Positions 26,612 through 34,952 of a stretch of DNA of 64,000 bases are shown here, in pieces. Both the position numbers and the translations under genes were made by a program. Position 1 is the first letter of the stretch; each line of letters begins with the position of its first letter. The DNA is taken from contig SVUK01000006.1 of the NCBI GenBank assembly GCA_015063325.1, forward strand, positions 140,654-204,653. Direction: 5' to 3'. Below the pieces are notes generated by a model. It had not been told where the DNA came from. It saw nothing but the letters and a program-made list of their open reading frames with translations, and made no database searches. Source of the stretch: Oscillospiraceae bacterium (GTDB taxonomy: Bacteria > Bacillota > Clostridia > Oscillospirales > CAG-272).

Positions 26612-26640
26612 TTGACAGAAATACCGTTTCGTGATACAAT
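26612..26640 (+). promoter_or_regulatory. SigA promoter of the decarboxylase operon
   Basis: TTGACA-17 nt-TACAAT with extended -10 TG. Confidence 0.85.
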
Positions 26641-26664
26641 AAAAATAATGTGGGAGGGTTTGGA

Positions 26665-26703
26665 ATGATATCCGAAATTTCCCGTTTTACCGGATCATTT
26701 TGA
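26665..26703 (+). CDS. Putative 12-aa leader peptide (uORF) MISEISRFTGSF
   Basis: GGGAGG at 26652-26657, ATG 26665, TGA 26701-26703, inside the predicted 5' leader. Confidence 0.35.
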   Translation: MISEISRFTGSF

Positions 26704-26775
26704 TTTTTGAATATGATCGTTTTAATCTTTGAATATGATCATTTTGATCGTTGAATATGATCGGAATATGATTGT
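26693..26775 (+). repeat. Three 22-bp tandem repeats plus a partial unit, with GATC every 22 bp
   Basis: GATCATTTTGATTTTTGAATAT / GATCGTTTTAATCTTTGAATAT / GATCATTTTGATCGTTGAATAT / GATCGGAATATGATT. Confidence 0.92.
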
Positions 26776-26802
26776 TTTATTCTTTGAAAAGGAGCTTTTG
26801 GT

Positions 26803-28131
26803 ATGAAAAACAATTCGGTGGGTTCCCAAAGAATTGCCCGGCTTTTTGACGCCGGAACCTTTGTGGAGCTGGGTGCTTACCGCAAAAGACCCGACGGAGC
26901 CGCCACCGGCGCCGTTTGCGGTTACGGTGCTGTAAACGGTCGGCTCGTTTATGCATTCTCGCAGGACAGCGACCGCCAAAAAGGCGCGTTTGACATTCTG
27001 CAAGCCGAGAAGATTGCCGATCTCTATTCGCTTGCACTCAAAAACGGGGCGCCGGTCGTCGGTATTTTCGATAGTGCAGGTGCCTATGTTGCAGACGGCG
27101 CCTCGGCACTTTCGGCATTCGGCAAATTCCTTGCTTCGGTCAGTCGTGCGTCGGGCGCAATTCCGCAAATTGCCTTGATCGGCGGCACCTGTGCAGGACT
27201 TGCGGCAACCGCCGCCGCCATGTTTGATTTGACGGTTTTGATTGATGGAAAATCGCAACTTTTTGTCAACGCGCCTTTTGTGGTGGGCAAAGAGGTTGGG
27301 ACAGCCGAGTTTGTCCGCGCGAAGGGACTTTCCTCGGTAACGGTTGCCGAGGAGAATGAAGCGTTTGCCGCACTGCGCACGATTCTTGATTTGCTTCCGG
27401 CAAGCGCCGAGGAGGGCGTTACTGCCGCTGACTCTGCCGACGACGTTAATCGCGCGGTTTCTTCGGCAGATGTTGCCGAACTTGCCGATACGGGTTCGCT
27501 TTTAGAGATTGGCGCCGGCTATGCCGACGAAATGCGCGTTTATCTTGCGCGTATGGGCGGTGTTCCTTGCGGAGTTGTGGCAAACAATGGTGCCATTACT
27601 GCCGAGGGGGCAAAAAAGACCGCGCGGTTTGTCGGTTTTTGCGATAGTTTCGGTTTGCCGATTGTAACGCTGACCGATAGCGTTGGCGTTGCCGTTAGTT
27701 CAGCGGAAGAGGGAAGCCCACTTGCCGCCGCGCTCGGCAAACTTGCCATGACCTACGCAAACGCGACCGCGGCGAAGATCACCGCCGTCATTGGGAAAGC
27801 CTATGGTGCGGCGTTTACCTTGATGGGCTCCAAAGCGCTTGGCGCGGATGTGGTTTACGCGCTCCCGACCGCCGAGATCAGCGCAATGGCGCCGGAAGCC
27901 GCCGTAGCATTCCTTTGGAATGATCAAATCACCGAAACGACCACAAGAGAAACGCTCGTTTCCAGGTGGAAAGCCGAGTGTGCCTCTCCCGAAGCGGCTG
28001 CCGCCGACGGAAGCATTGATGATGTGATTGATCCTTCGGAGCTTCGTCAGCGTATTTGCGCCGCCGTTTACATGCTTCTTGAAAAGAGTAACGGTGAACC
28101 GGCGCGCCTGCACAGCAATCTTCCGCTTTGA
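26803..28131 (+). CDS. Acyl-CoA carboxyltransferase-family protein (MmdA / transcarboxylase 12S-like), divergent
   Basis: RIARLFDAGTFVELG, GAVCGYGAVNGRLV, ASGAIPQI, GKAYGAAF..MGSKALGAD, IDDVIDPSELR...HSNLPL. Confidence 0.85.
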   Translation: MKNNSVGSQRIARLFDAGTFVELGAYRKRPDGAATGAVCGYGAVNGRLVYAFSQDSDRQKGAFDILQAEKIADLYSLALKNGAPVVGIFDSAGAYVADGASALSAFGKFLASVSRASGAIPQIALIGGTCAGLAATAAAMFDLTVLIDGKSQLFVNAPFVVGKEVGTAEFVRAKGLSSVTVAEENEAFAALRTILDLLPASAEEGVTAADSADDVNRAVSSADVAELADTGSLLEIGAGYADEMRVYLARMGGVPCGVVANNGAITAEGAKKTARFVGFCDSFGLPIVTLTDSVGVAVSSAEEGSPLAAALGKLAMTYANATAAKITAVIGKAYGAAFTLMGSKALGADVVYALPTAEISAMAPEAAVAFLWNDQITETTTRETLVSRWKAECASPEAAAADGSIDDVIDPSELRQRICAAVYMLLEKSNGEPARLHSNLPL

Positions 28132-28145
28132 TGGGAGGCGCTTTT

Positions 28146-28502
28146 ATGGCACAATTGTTGTTTTTGTTGACCAAAGACACTCGCCCGTTCGGGGAACGCG
28201 CGAGTGAAGCCGGTACCGTATCGCTGTTGGGAATGTTGGCAATTTTCGGCGTTCTTGCGCTGCTTTGGGGGGCGATTGAACTATTTCACCTCTGCATTTC
28301 CGCTTTGGAAAAGAAAAAAGCAAAAAAGCAGGCGCTCTTCCAACAATCCTTGCCGGTTGAAGGTATCGATCTGCAACCGGAGGTACAACCGGTGGATGAC
28401 GGCGCGCTGATTGCCGCCATTACTGCGGCAATTACCGCCGCAAGAACCGAGGAGGGAAATACGACCGGATTCCGTGTGGTTTCCTTCCGTCGTATGCACT
28501 GA
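28146..28502 (+). CDS. Na+-translocating decarboxylase small membrane subunit (OadG / MmdD family)
   Basis: Single TM (LLGMLAIFGVLALL), DDGALIAAITAAI, C-terminal FRVVSFRR. Confidence 0.85.
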   Translation: MAQLLFLLTKDTRPFGERASEAGTVSLLGMLAIFGVLALLWGAIELFHLCISALEKKKAKKQALFQQSLPVEGIDLQPEVQPVDDGALIAAITAAITAARTEEGNTTGFRVVSFRRMH

Positions 28503-28547
28503 TTTTCGAAATACAGCACCGAAAATAAGAAAGGTTTGGTATATCAA

Positions 28548-28919
28548 ATGAAAAATTATCGTGTTACCGTCAACGGCGTCGCTTACGACGTCTCTGTAGA
28601 AGAAATTGAGGGAAATACCCCCGTAGCCGTTTCCGCGGTTCCCAAGGTGGCTCCTGCCGCTCCTAAAGCCGCACCTGCCGCCCCTGCGGCAAGTGTTCCT
28701 GCCGGTGCCAATACTGTGAAAGCACCCATGCCGGGCAACATTCTCAAAGTTGCCGTCAAAGCCGGCGACAGCGTGAAAAAAGGCGCGCTATTGTGCGTTC
28801 TGGAAGCCATGAAGATGGAAAACGAGATCCTTGCTCCTGCAGACGGGACCATTGATACCGTTGCGGTTGCTCCCGGCGCCACCGTTGCCACCGACGCGGT
28901 TTTAGTTACCTATCATTGA
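28548..28919 (+). CDS. Stand-alone biotin carboxyl carrier protein
   Basis: YRVTVNGVAYDV, Ala/Pro linker, APMPGNI, LEAMKMENEI biotinylation motif. Confidence 0.95.
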   Translation: MKNYRVTVNGVAYDVSVEEIEGNTPVAVSAVPKVAPAAPKAAPAAPAASVPAGANTVKAPMPGNILKVAVKAGDSVKKGALLCVLEAMKMENEILAPADGTIDTVAVAPGATVATDAVLVTYH

Positions 28920-28961
28920 TCCTTTTTCAAAAAACAAAAATTTTAAGAAAGGATTTTACCC

Positions 28962-30299
28962 ATGATAGAGGCAATCAAAAACTTTTTGGGTTCTACCGGC
29001 GTTGCCCGATTGTTTGACGGGCAGGAAGCCTGGTGGAAGACCTTGATTATGATGGCGATTGCCGGGATTTTAGTCTATCTCGCCATTGCCAAAAAATTTG
29101 AGCCTTTGCTCCTGTTGCCGATTGCAATCGGCGTGCTTTTGACAAACCTTCCCGGCGGCGGACTCTTTCACGAGGGAATGTGGTTCGCCAATGTGGATCA
29201 ACTCAACGAGCTGATTCGGACGATTGCCAATCCAACCTCGACAAGCGAGGCGGTTGCGGCTGCAGAAGAAGCGCTCGCCCAATTCAGCGAGTGGTATTCA
29301 ATTGAATATGTTTACCAAAACGGGATTCCGGTCGTTACGTCGATTGCAGTCAACTATTTAAGCGTTCTTCAGCACGGCGGACTATTGGATATTCTGTATA
29401 TCGGCGTTAAAACCGGTATTTATCCCTGTCTGATTTTCATCGGTATTGGTGCGATGACCGATTTTACTCCGCTGATCTCCAATCCCAAAAGCCTGTTGAT
29501 CGGTGCCGGCGCGCAACTCGGCGTGTTTGTGGCGTTTGGCGGTGCCTTGCTTTCCGGTCAGTTTTTGGGTGTGGAAGCGGCTTCCATCGGAATTATCGGT
29601 GGCGCCGACGGACCAACGGCGATTACCGTTACCAAAACGCTTGCACCGGCTTTGCTCGGCGCCATTGCCATTGCGGCGTATTCCTATATGGCGCTGATCC
29701 CCATGATCCAGCCGCCGCTGATGAAGCTGTTGACCACCAAAAAGGAGCGCAAAATCCGCATGACAGCGCTTCGTCCCGTTTCCAAGGTCGAAAAAATCAT
29801 TTTCCCTGTCATCGTTACCGTGATTGTTGCCTTGATCGTTCCGGACGCGCTGGTGTTGATCGGTTGCCTGATGTTCGGCAATCTACTCAACGTTTGCGGT
29901 GTGACTGAGCGGCTTTCCAAAACGGTGCAGAACGAGCTGATGAATATTGTCACCGTCTTCCTCGGCATCACCGTCGGGGCAACGGCTGTTGCGGCGAACT
30001 TCTTGCGGTTGGAGACGTTGCTTATCATTGCGCTGGGGCTCGTTGCCTTTGCAATTTCGACGATCGGCGGACTGCTCACGGCGAAGATCATGAATAAGCT
30101 CACCGGCGGCAAGATCAATCCGCTCATCGGCTCCGCCGGCGTTTCCGCCGTTCCGATGGCGGCGCGCGTCAGCCAGAAGGTGGGGCAGGAGGAAGACCCC
30201 GGCAATTTCCTCTTGATGCACGCGATGGGACCGAACGTTGCCGGCGTGATCGGCTCGGCGGTTGCGGCAGGCGTTCTGCTTTCCTTCTTCAATAAATAA
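28962..30299 (+). CDS. oadB: Na+-translocating decarboxylase beta subunit (OadB / MmdB)
   Basis: FEPLLLLPI, GIGAMTDF, IGIIGGADGPT, AYSYMALIP, IGSAGVSAVPMAARV, MGPNVAGVIGSA. Confidence 0.95.
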   Translation: MIEAIKNFLGSTGVARLFDGQEAWWKTLIMMAIAGILVYLAIAKKFEPLLLLPIAIGVLLTNLPGGGLFHEGMWFANVDQLNELIRTIANPTSTSEAVAAAEEALAQFSEWYSIEYVYQNGIPVVTSIAVNYLSVLQHGGLLDILYIGVKTGIYPCLIFIGIGAMTDFTPLISNPKSLLIGAGAQLGVFVAFGGALLSGQFLGVEAASIGIIGGADGPTAITVTKTLAPALLGAIAIAAYSYMALIPMIQPPLMKLLTTKKERKIRMTALRPVSKVEKIIFPVIVTVIVALIVPDALVLIGCLMFGNLLNVCGVTERLSKTVQNELMNIVTVFLGITVGATAVAANFLRLETLLIIALGLVAFAISTIGGLLTAKIMNKLTGGKINPLIGSAGVSAVPMAARVSQKVGQEEDPGNFLLMHAMGPNVAGVIGSAVAAGVLLSFFNK

Positions 30300-30323
30300 G
30301 TCGGTAAAAAGGAGATTTGATCA

Positions 30324-31721
30324 ATGGCAAAAGTGAAAATTACCGAAACGGTTTTGCGCGATTCACACCAATCGCTGATTGCTACCCGGATGACCACCGA
30401 GGAAATGCTTCCCATTTTGGAAACAATGGATGGGGTGGGGTACCACTCGCTGGAAGCCTGGGGCGGCGCGACCTTTGACGCTTGTATGCGTTTCCTCAAC
30501 GAGGACCCTTGGGAGCGGTTGCGCAAGATCCGCGAACGGGTGAAAAATACCAAATTGCAAATGCTGTTCCGCGGTCAGAATATTCTGGGCTATCGCCACT
30601 ATTCGGACGACGTGGTGGAATATTTTGTGCAAAAGTCGATCGCAAACGGCATTGACATCATTCGCATTTTCGACGCGCTCAACGATCCGCGCAACCTCAA
30701 AACGGCGATCAACGCCACCAAAAAAGAGGGCGGACACGTGCAGGCGGCGTTCTCCTATACCACCGGACCCGTTTACACGCTGGAGTACTTTGCCAACTAT
30801 GCAAAACAGCTCGAAGAAATGGGTGCGGATTCCATTTGCATTAAGGATATGGCAGGACTTCTCAAACCTTACGACGCCTACGATCTTGTCAAGGCGCTCA
30901 AAGAGGCGGTCAAGGTGCCGATCCAGTTGCACACGCACTACACCTCCGGTCTTGCCTCCATGACGTTGCTCAAAGCGGTGGAAGCCGGGGTGGATATTAT
31001 TGATACGGCGATCTCGCCGATGGCAATGGGAACCTCGCAGGCGCCGACCGAATCGCTGGTCGCCGCGCTTGCCGGAACCGAATACGATACCGGCATCAGT
31101 TTAGATCAGCTCGACCCCATCACCAAATACTTTACACCTTTGCGCGAAAAATATCTGGCGAGCGGTCAGCTCAACCCAAAAGCGCTCAAAGTGGACGTCA
31201 ACGCCCTGCGCTACCAGGTGCCGGGCGGAATGCTCTCCAACCTGATGAGCCAGCTGGCGCAGGCAGGGAAGTCGGATCAACTCACCGCCGTGCTGGAAGA
31301 GGTTCCGCGCGTGCGCGCCGACGTTGGCTATCCGCCGCTGGTTACGCCTTCCTCGCAGATCGTGGGAACGCAGGCGGTGTTCAATGTGATTATGGGCGAG
31401 CGTTATAAGACCACCACCAAAGAGTTCCGCGGACTTGTGCGCGGCGAATACGGCAAAACGCCGGTGGAGATTGACCCCGCTTTTGTCAAAAAGATCATCG
31501 GCGACGAGGAACGCATTACCTATCGCCCTGCCGACGCGCTCAAGCCGGAGCTTGACACGCTGCGCGCCGAGATCGCCCCGTATCTCGAACAGGACGAGGA
31601 CGTTCTTTCCTACGCGCTCTTCCCGGAGGTTTCCAAAAAGTTTTTTGAGTACCGCAAGGCAAAGAAATACGGTTTAGACGCCGACCATGCCGATGCCAAA
31701 CTGGGTGTTCACGCAATTTAA
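30324..31721 (+). CDS. oadA: Oxaloacetate decarboxylase alpha / pyruvate carboxyltransferase (no biotinyl domain)
   Basis: LRDSHQSLIATR, WGGATFDACMRFL.EDPWERL, CIKDMAG, LHTHYTSG, QVPGGMLSN, PPLVTPSSQIVG. Confidence 0.93.
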   Translation: MAKVKITETVLRDSHQSLIATRMTTEEMLPILETMDGVGYHSLEAWGGATFDACMRFLNEDPWERLRKIRERVKNTKLQMLFRGQNILGYRHYSDDVVEYFVQKSIANGIDIIRIFDALNDPRNLKTAINATKKEGGHVQAAFSYTTGPVYTLEYFANYAKQLEEMGADSICIKDMAGLLKPYDAYDLVKALKEAVKVPIQLHTHYTSGLASMTLLKAVEAGVDIIDTAISPMAMGTSQAPTESLVAALAGTEYDTGISLDQLDPITKYFTPLREKYLASGQLNPKALKVDVNALRYQVPGGMLSNLMSQLAQAGKSDQLTAVLEEVPRVRADVGYPPLVTPSSQIVGTQAVFNVIMGERYKTTTKEFRGLVRGEYGKTPVEIDPAFVKKIIGDEERITYRPADALKPELDTLRAEIAPYLEQDEDVLSYALFPEVSKKFFEYRKAKKYGLDADHADAKLGVHAI

Positions 31722-31737
31722 AAAAGTTAAAATAAAA

Positions 31738-31777
31738 GCTCCGGGCGCCGCACGTTTCGTGCGGCGCCCGGTTTTCT
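31738..31777. terminator. Terminator between oadA and the convergent membrane-protein gene
   Basis: ccgggcgccgcacg-ttt-cgtgcggcgcccgg-ttttc. Confidence 0.88.
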
Positions 31778-31801
31778 ATGCGCTTTTGGGTTGTTTTTCG
31801 G

Positions 31802-32215
31802 TTATTTTACGCCCATGGCGCGGAGGAGGTCGGCAAGCGTTTTGCCCTGCGTTTGCAAGAGGTATTGATCCAGCAGTTTGGCAATTTCGCCGTCCGGGTG
31901 GTTCATGGCTTCCATTACGATATAAACGCCGATGGCGATCAGGGCGATGGTGGCGACCAGCGCGAGAATGCCGAGCACCAGTCCGGCAATCGAAAATCCG
32001 CCCCATTTTCCTGCCTGCTTGCGCGAGATGACGGCGAAAACGATGGAAAGGATGACTGCCATCAAATCAAACCAAAGTCCGCCGAAAAAAAGAAACACAA
32101 GCGCGGCGATTCCCAAAATGAACGAGGCGATTGCCATACTGCGTCCGCGCCACGCAGAATTGGAAAAATCTACGGGCGGAAATCCGTTTTGATAATCGTT
32201 TTGATTGGGGTCCAT
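31802..32215 (-). CDS. DUF4190-like small membrane protein
   Basis: MAIASFILGI...AIVFAVISRKQ...GFSIAGLVLGIL; GGAGG RBS. Confidence 0.7.
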   Translation of the reverse strand: MDPNQNDYQNGFPPVDFSNSAWRGRSMAIASFILGIAALVFLFFGGLWFDLMAVILSIVFAVISRKQAGKWGGFSIAGLVLGILALVATIALIAIGVYIVMEAMNHPDGEIAKLLDQYLLQTQGKTLADLLRAMGVK

Positions 32216-32396
32216 AAAAAGCCCTCCTTTTTTCTGCTGCCATTATTTTACCACGTTTTCCGCCTTTTTACAATCCCATGCAAAAAAAGTTTACAAAAAC
32301 GAGACAAAAAAAGGGTATTTCCAAATACCTGTGCGCAAAAACTAAAGAAAATGGATAAAACGAACAAAAAAAGGATTAAAAAAAGGAGAGTGAAAA

Positions 32397-33500
32397 GTGC
32401 GGATTTTACATGTGATCAGTGACTCCAATATCGGCGGCGCAGGCGTTTTGCTATTAAATTTGTTGCGTTGGTTTGACCGCAAAAAAGTGGAAAGTGTGGT
32501 CGGGCTTCCCCGGGGAAGCCGACTGCGCCGCGCAGTGTTGGAAACGAAAACGCAGGTGGTGGAGCTGGATCAGGCGTGCGACCGCGTTTCGCCTGCATCG
32601 GTTTTGGAACTGCTGGGTGTCATCCGAGCAGTCAAGCCCGATCTTGTTCATGCAAATGCGGCAATTTCCGCGCGCCTTGCCGGAAAGCTCGCCGGGAAAA
32701 AGGTGATCTATACCCGGCATTGCACCTTCCCGGTCGAAAAGAAACTGCCGGTCGTCCGCTTTGCGCGGAATTTTTGGAACAACGCGCTTTGCGACTGCGC
32801 GATTGCAACGGCACGGGTGGCGGCGGTCGATCTGCGCGAAACGGGTATTCCGCGGCGAAAGATCGTCGTCATTCCCAACGGCTGTGAGCCGGTGCGCGAA
32901 GTTTTGCCGGGCGAGATCGAGCTTTTTCGGGCAAAATACGGCATTTCCGAAGAAGATTTTTGCGTTGGCATTTGCGCGCGTTTGGAACCCTGCAAAGGAC
33001 ACGAAATTTTTCTGCGTGCGGCAAAAGAGGCAATCGACGCCATGCCGGAAATCCCGTTTCGTTTTTTGATTGTTGGAGAGGGAAGCTGCCGTGCAGAACT
33101 GGAGACTTTGGCGAAAGAGTTGAAAATTGCCGACCGCGTGGTCTTTTGCGGCTTTTTGTACGACCCTGCGCCGATCTACCGGATTATGCAAATTCACGTA
33201 AACTGCTCGGTTGGCACCGAAACCTCATCTCTTGCCGTTAGCGAAGGGTTTAGCGCCGGACTGCCTACCGTTCTTTCCGACTACGGCGGCAACCGTGATA
33301 TGCTCGGGGAGAGCGGCGCAGGAATATGCGTTTCAAAGGGCAACCCAAAAGCCCTTGCCGAGGCAATTTGCAAATTGGCAGGCGATGACGCGTTTCGAGC
33401 GGAAACTTCGCGCAAGGCAAGAAAACGCTACGAGCAAAACTATACCGCCGCCAGCATGGCAAAACGGCTGACGGCGGTATATGAGGGGATGTTGCGCTAA
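32397..33500 (+). CDS. Glycosyltransferase family 4 (GT-B)
   Basis: MRILHVISDSNIGGAG, VHAN, ARLEPCKGH, ETSSLAVSEG..GLP. Confidence 0.92.
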   Translation: MRILHVISDSNIGGAGVLLLNLLRWFDRKKVESVVGLPRGSRLRRAVLETKTQVVELDQACDRVSPASVLELLGVIRAVKPDLVHANAAISARLAGKLAGKKVIYTRHCTFPVEKKLPVVRFARNFWNNALCDCAIATARVAAVDLRETGIPRRKIVVIPNGCEPVREVLPGEIELFRAKYGISEEDFCVGICARLEPCKGHEIFLRAAKEAIDAMPEIPFRFLIVGEGSCRAELETLAKELKIADRVVFCGFLYDPAPIYRIMQIHVNCSVGTETSSLAVSEGFSAGLPTVLSDYGGNRDMLGESGAGICVSKGNPKALAEAICKLAGDDAFRAETSRKARKRYEQNYTAASMAKRLTAVYEGMLR

Positions 33501-34897
33501 AAGTTTGCCAACAGCATGGATGCAACGGCAAAGTAGATCATCAGCGTGACCGCGTCCACAATGGTGGTGATGAACGGGCTTGCCATGACGGCAGGGTCAA
33601 AACCGAGTCGCTTTGCACCGATGGGAAGAATGGCGCCCACCAGTTTTGCAACCACAATGGCAAAGAAAACGGTAATGCAAACAACGGCGCAGATGATGAG
33701 GTTGTTTTGCAAAACATTTCCTTCCAACATGGTACTTGCCTGAAATTTAAAATCAATTGCAAAAACCTTGATAAAGGTTGCGGCGGCAATGGTCAAGCCG
33801 CAAAGGCAGGCAACGCGGAATTCTTTCCAAATGACGCGGAAAACATCGCGCAAGTGAACTTCTCCCAACGAAAGGCTACGAATGATTGTAACCGAAGTTT
33901 GTCCACCTGCATTTCCGCCGGTATCCATCAGCATGGGGAAAAAGGCAGTCAAAATTGCAACATGCGCAATTTTCGATTCGTAATTGCGGATGATCATGCT
34001 GGTGAAGGTTGCCGAAATCATCAATAAAAGCAACCATGGAATGCGCTTTTTCCAAGTTTCAAAAACGCCGGTTTTGAAATAGGGTTTATCGGTCGGCAAA
34101 ATTGCCGCCATTTTTTCAATATCCTCGGTTGCTTCGGCTTCCAACACGTCCAAAGCGTCGTCGACGGTGACGAGACCGACGAGTCGGTTTTCATTGTCCA
34201 CGATGGGAAGCGCAATCAAGTCGTAGTGGGAGATCATGTTTGCAACGGTTTCCTGGTCATCGCTGGTGTGCGCGAAGATGACGTTTGGATTCATAATGTC
34301 CTCAATCACGTCGTCCGGTTTTGCAAACAGGAGCTGTTTGAGCGGCACAACGCCTTGCAGAACGCGCGATTTGTCGGTAACGTAAGCAACGTACACCGTT
34401 TCCTTATCCAAACCGGTTTTGCGAATGTGGGCAATTGCCTGTTCGCAGGTCATGTTTTTCTTCAGGTCGATGAACTCGCTGGTCATCACGCTTCCGGCGC
34501 TATCTTCGGGGTAGGCAAGGAAGCGGTTAATTTCTGCGCGTGTTTGCGGTGTTGCCAGCTGCAGAATACGCTTGACAACGTTTGCCGGCATTTCTTCCAG
34601 CGTATCTACTGCGTCGTCCACGTAGAGCTCTTCATAAATTTCCTTAACTTCCCGGTCGGTCATGAGTCCTACTAGTTTGGTTTGCAGGTCGGGATCCAGT
34701 TCGGCAAAAATTTCGGCGGCGCTGTCCTTTTTCAGCATTCTGAAAATGACGGCGGCGCGGTTTTCGGGAAGACTTGCCAAAAATTCGGCGGCGTCTACAG
34801 GCGGAATTTCATCCAATTCGCGAACCAGTTGGGAGTATTTTTTTTCTTCCAGGAGCTGGTTCAGTTTTTCTATATCAAAAATTTCATTCTCTTCCAT
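33497..34897 (-). CDS. mgtE: Magnesium transporter MgtE
   Basis: N domain, CBS pair (YPEDSAGSVMT, LVGLVTVDD), TM KKRIPWLL, GGNAGGQT, DPAVMASPFITTIVD. Confidence 0.96.
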   Translation of the reverse strand: MEENEIFDIEKLNQLLEEKKYSQLVRELDEIPPVDAAEFLASLPENRAAVIFRMLKKDSAAEIFAELDPDLQTKLVGLMTDREVKEIYEELYVDDAVDTLEEMPANVVKRILQLATPQTRAEINRFLAYPEDSAGSVMTSEFIDLKKNMTCEQAIAHIRKTGLDKETVYVAYVTDKSRVLQGVVPLKQLLFAKPDDVIEDIMNPNVIFAHTSDDQETVANMISHYDLIALPIVDNENRLVGLVTVDDALDVLEAEATEDIEKMAAILPTDKPYFKTGVFETWKKRIPWLLLLMISATFTSMIIRNYESKIAHVAILTAFFPMLMDTGGNAGGQTSVTIIRSLSLGEVHLRDVFRVIWKEFRVACLCGLTIAAATFIKVFAIDFKFQASTMLEGNVLQNNLIICAVVCITVFFAIVVAKLVGAILPIGAKRLGFDPAVMASPFITTIVDAVTLMIYFAVASMLLANF

Positions 34898-34952
34898 CCG
34901 ATTGCCCTCCTTTTCTGTTTCATTCGGCTACTGACGGGTTGCAAAAGGGGAT

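Noticed and set aside
34898-34952. M-box (Mg2+) riboswitch upstream of mgtE
   Set aside because: The gap to pgm is only ~55 bp, too short and without the motif; mgtE appears operonic.
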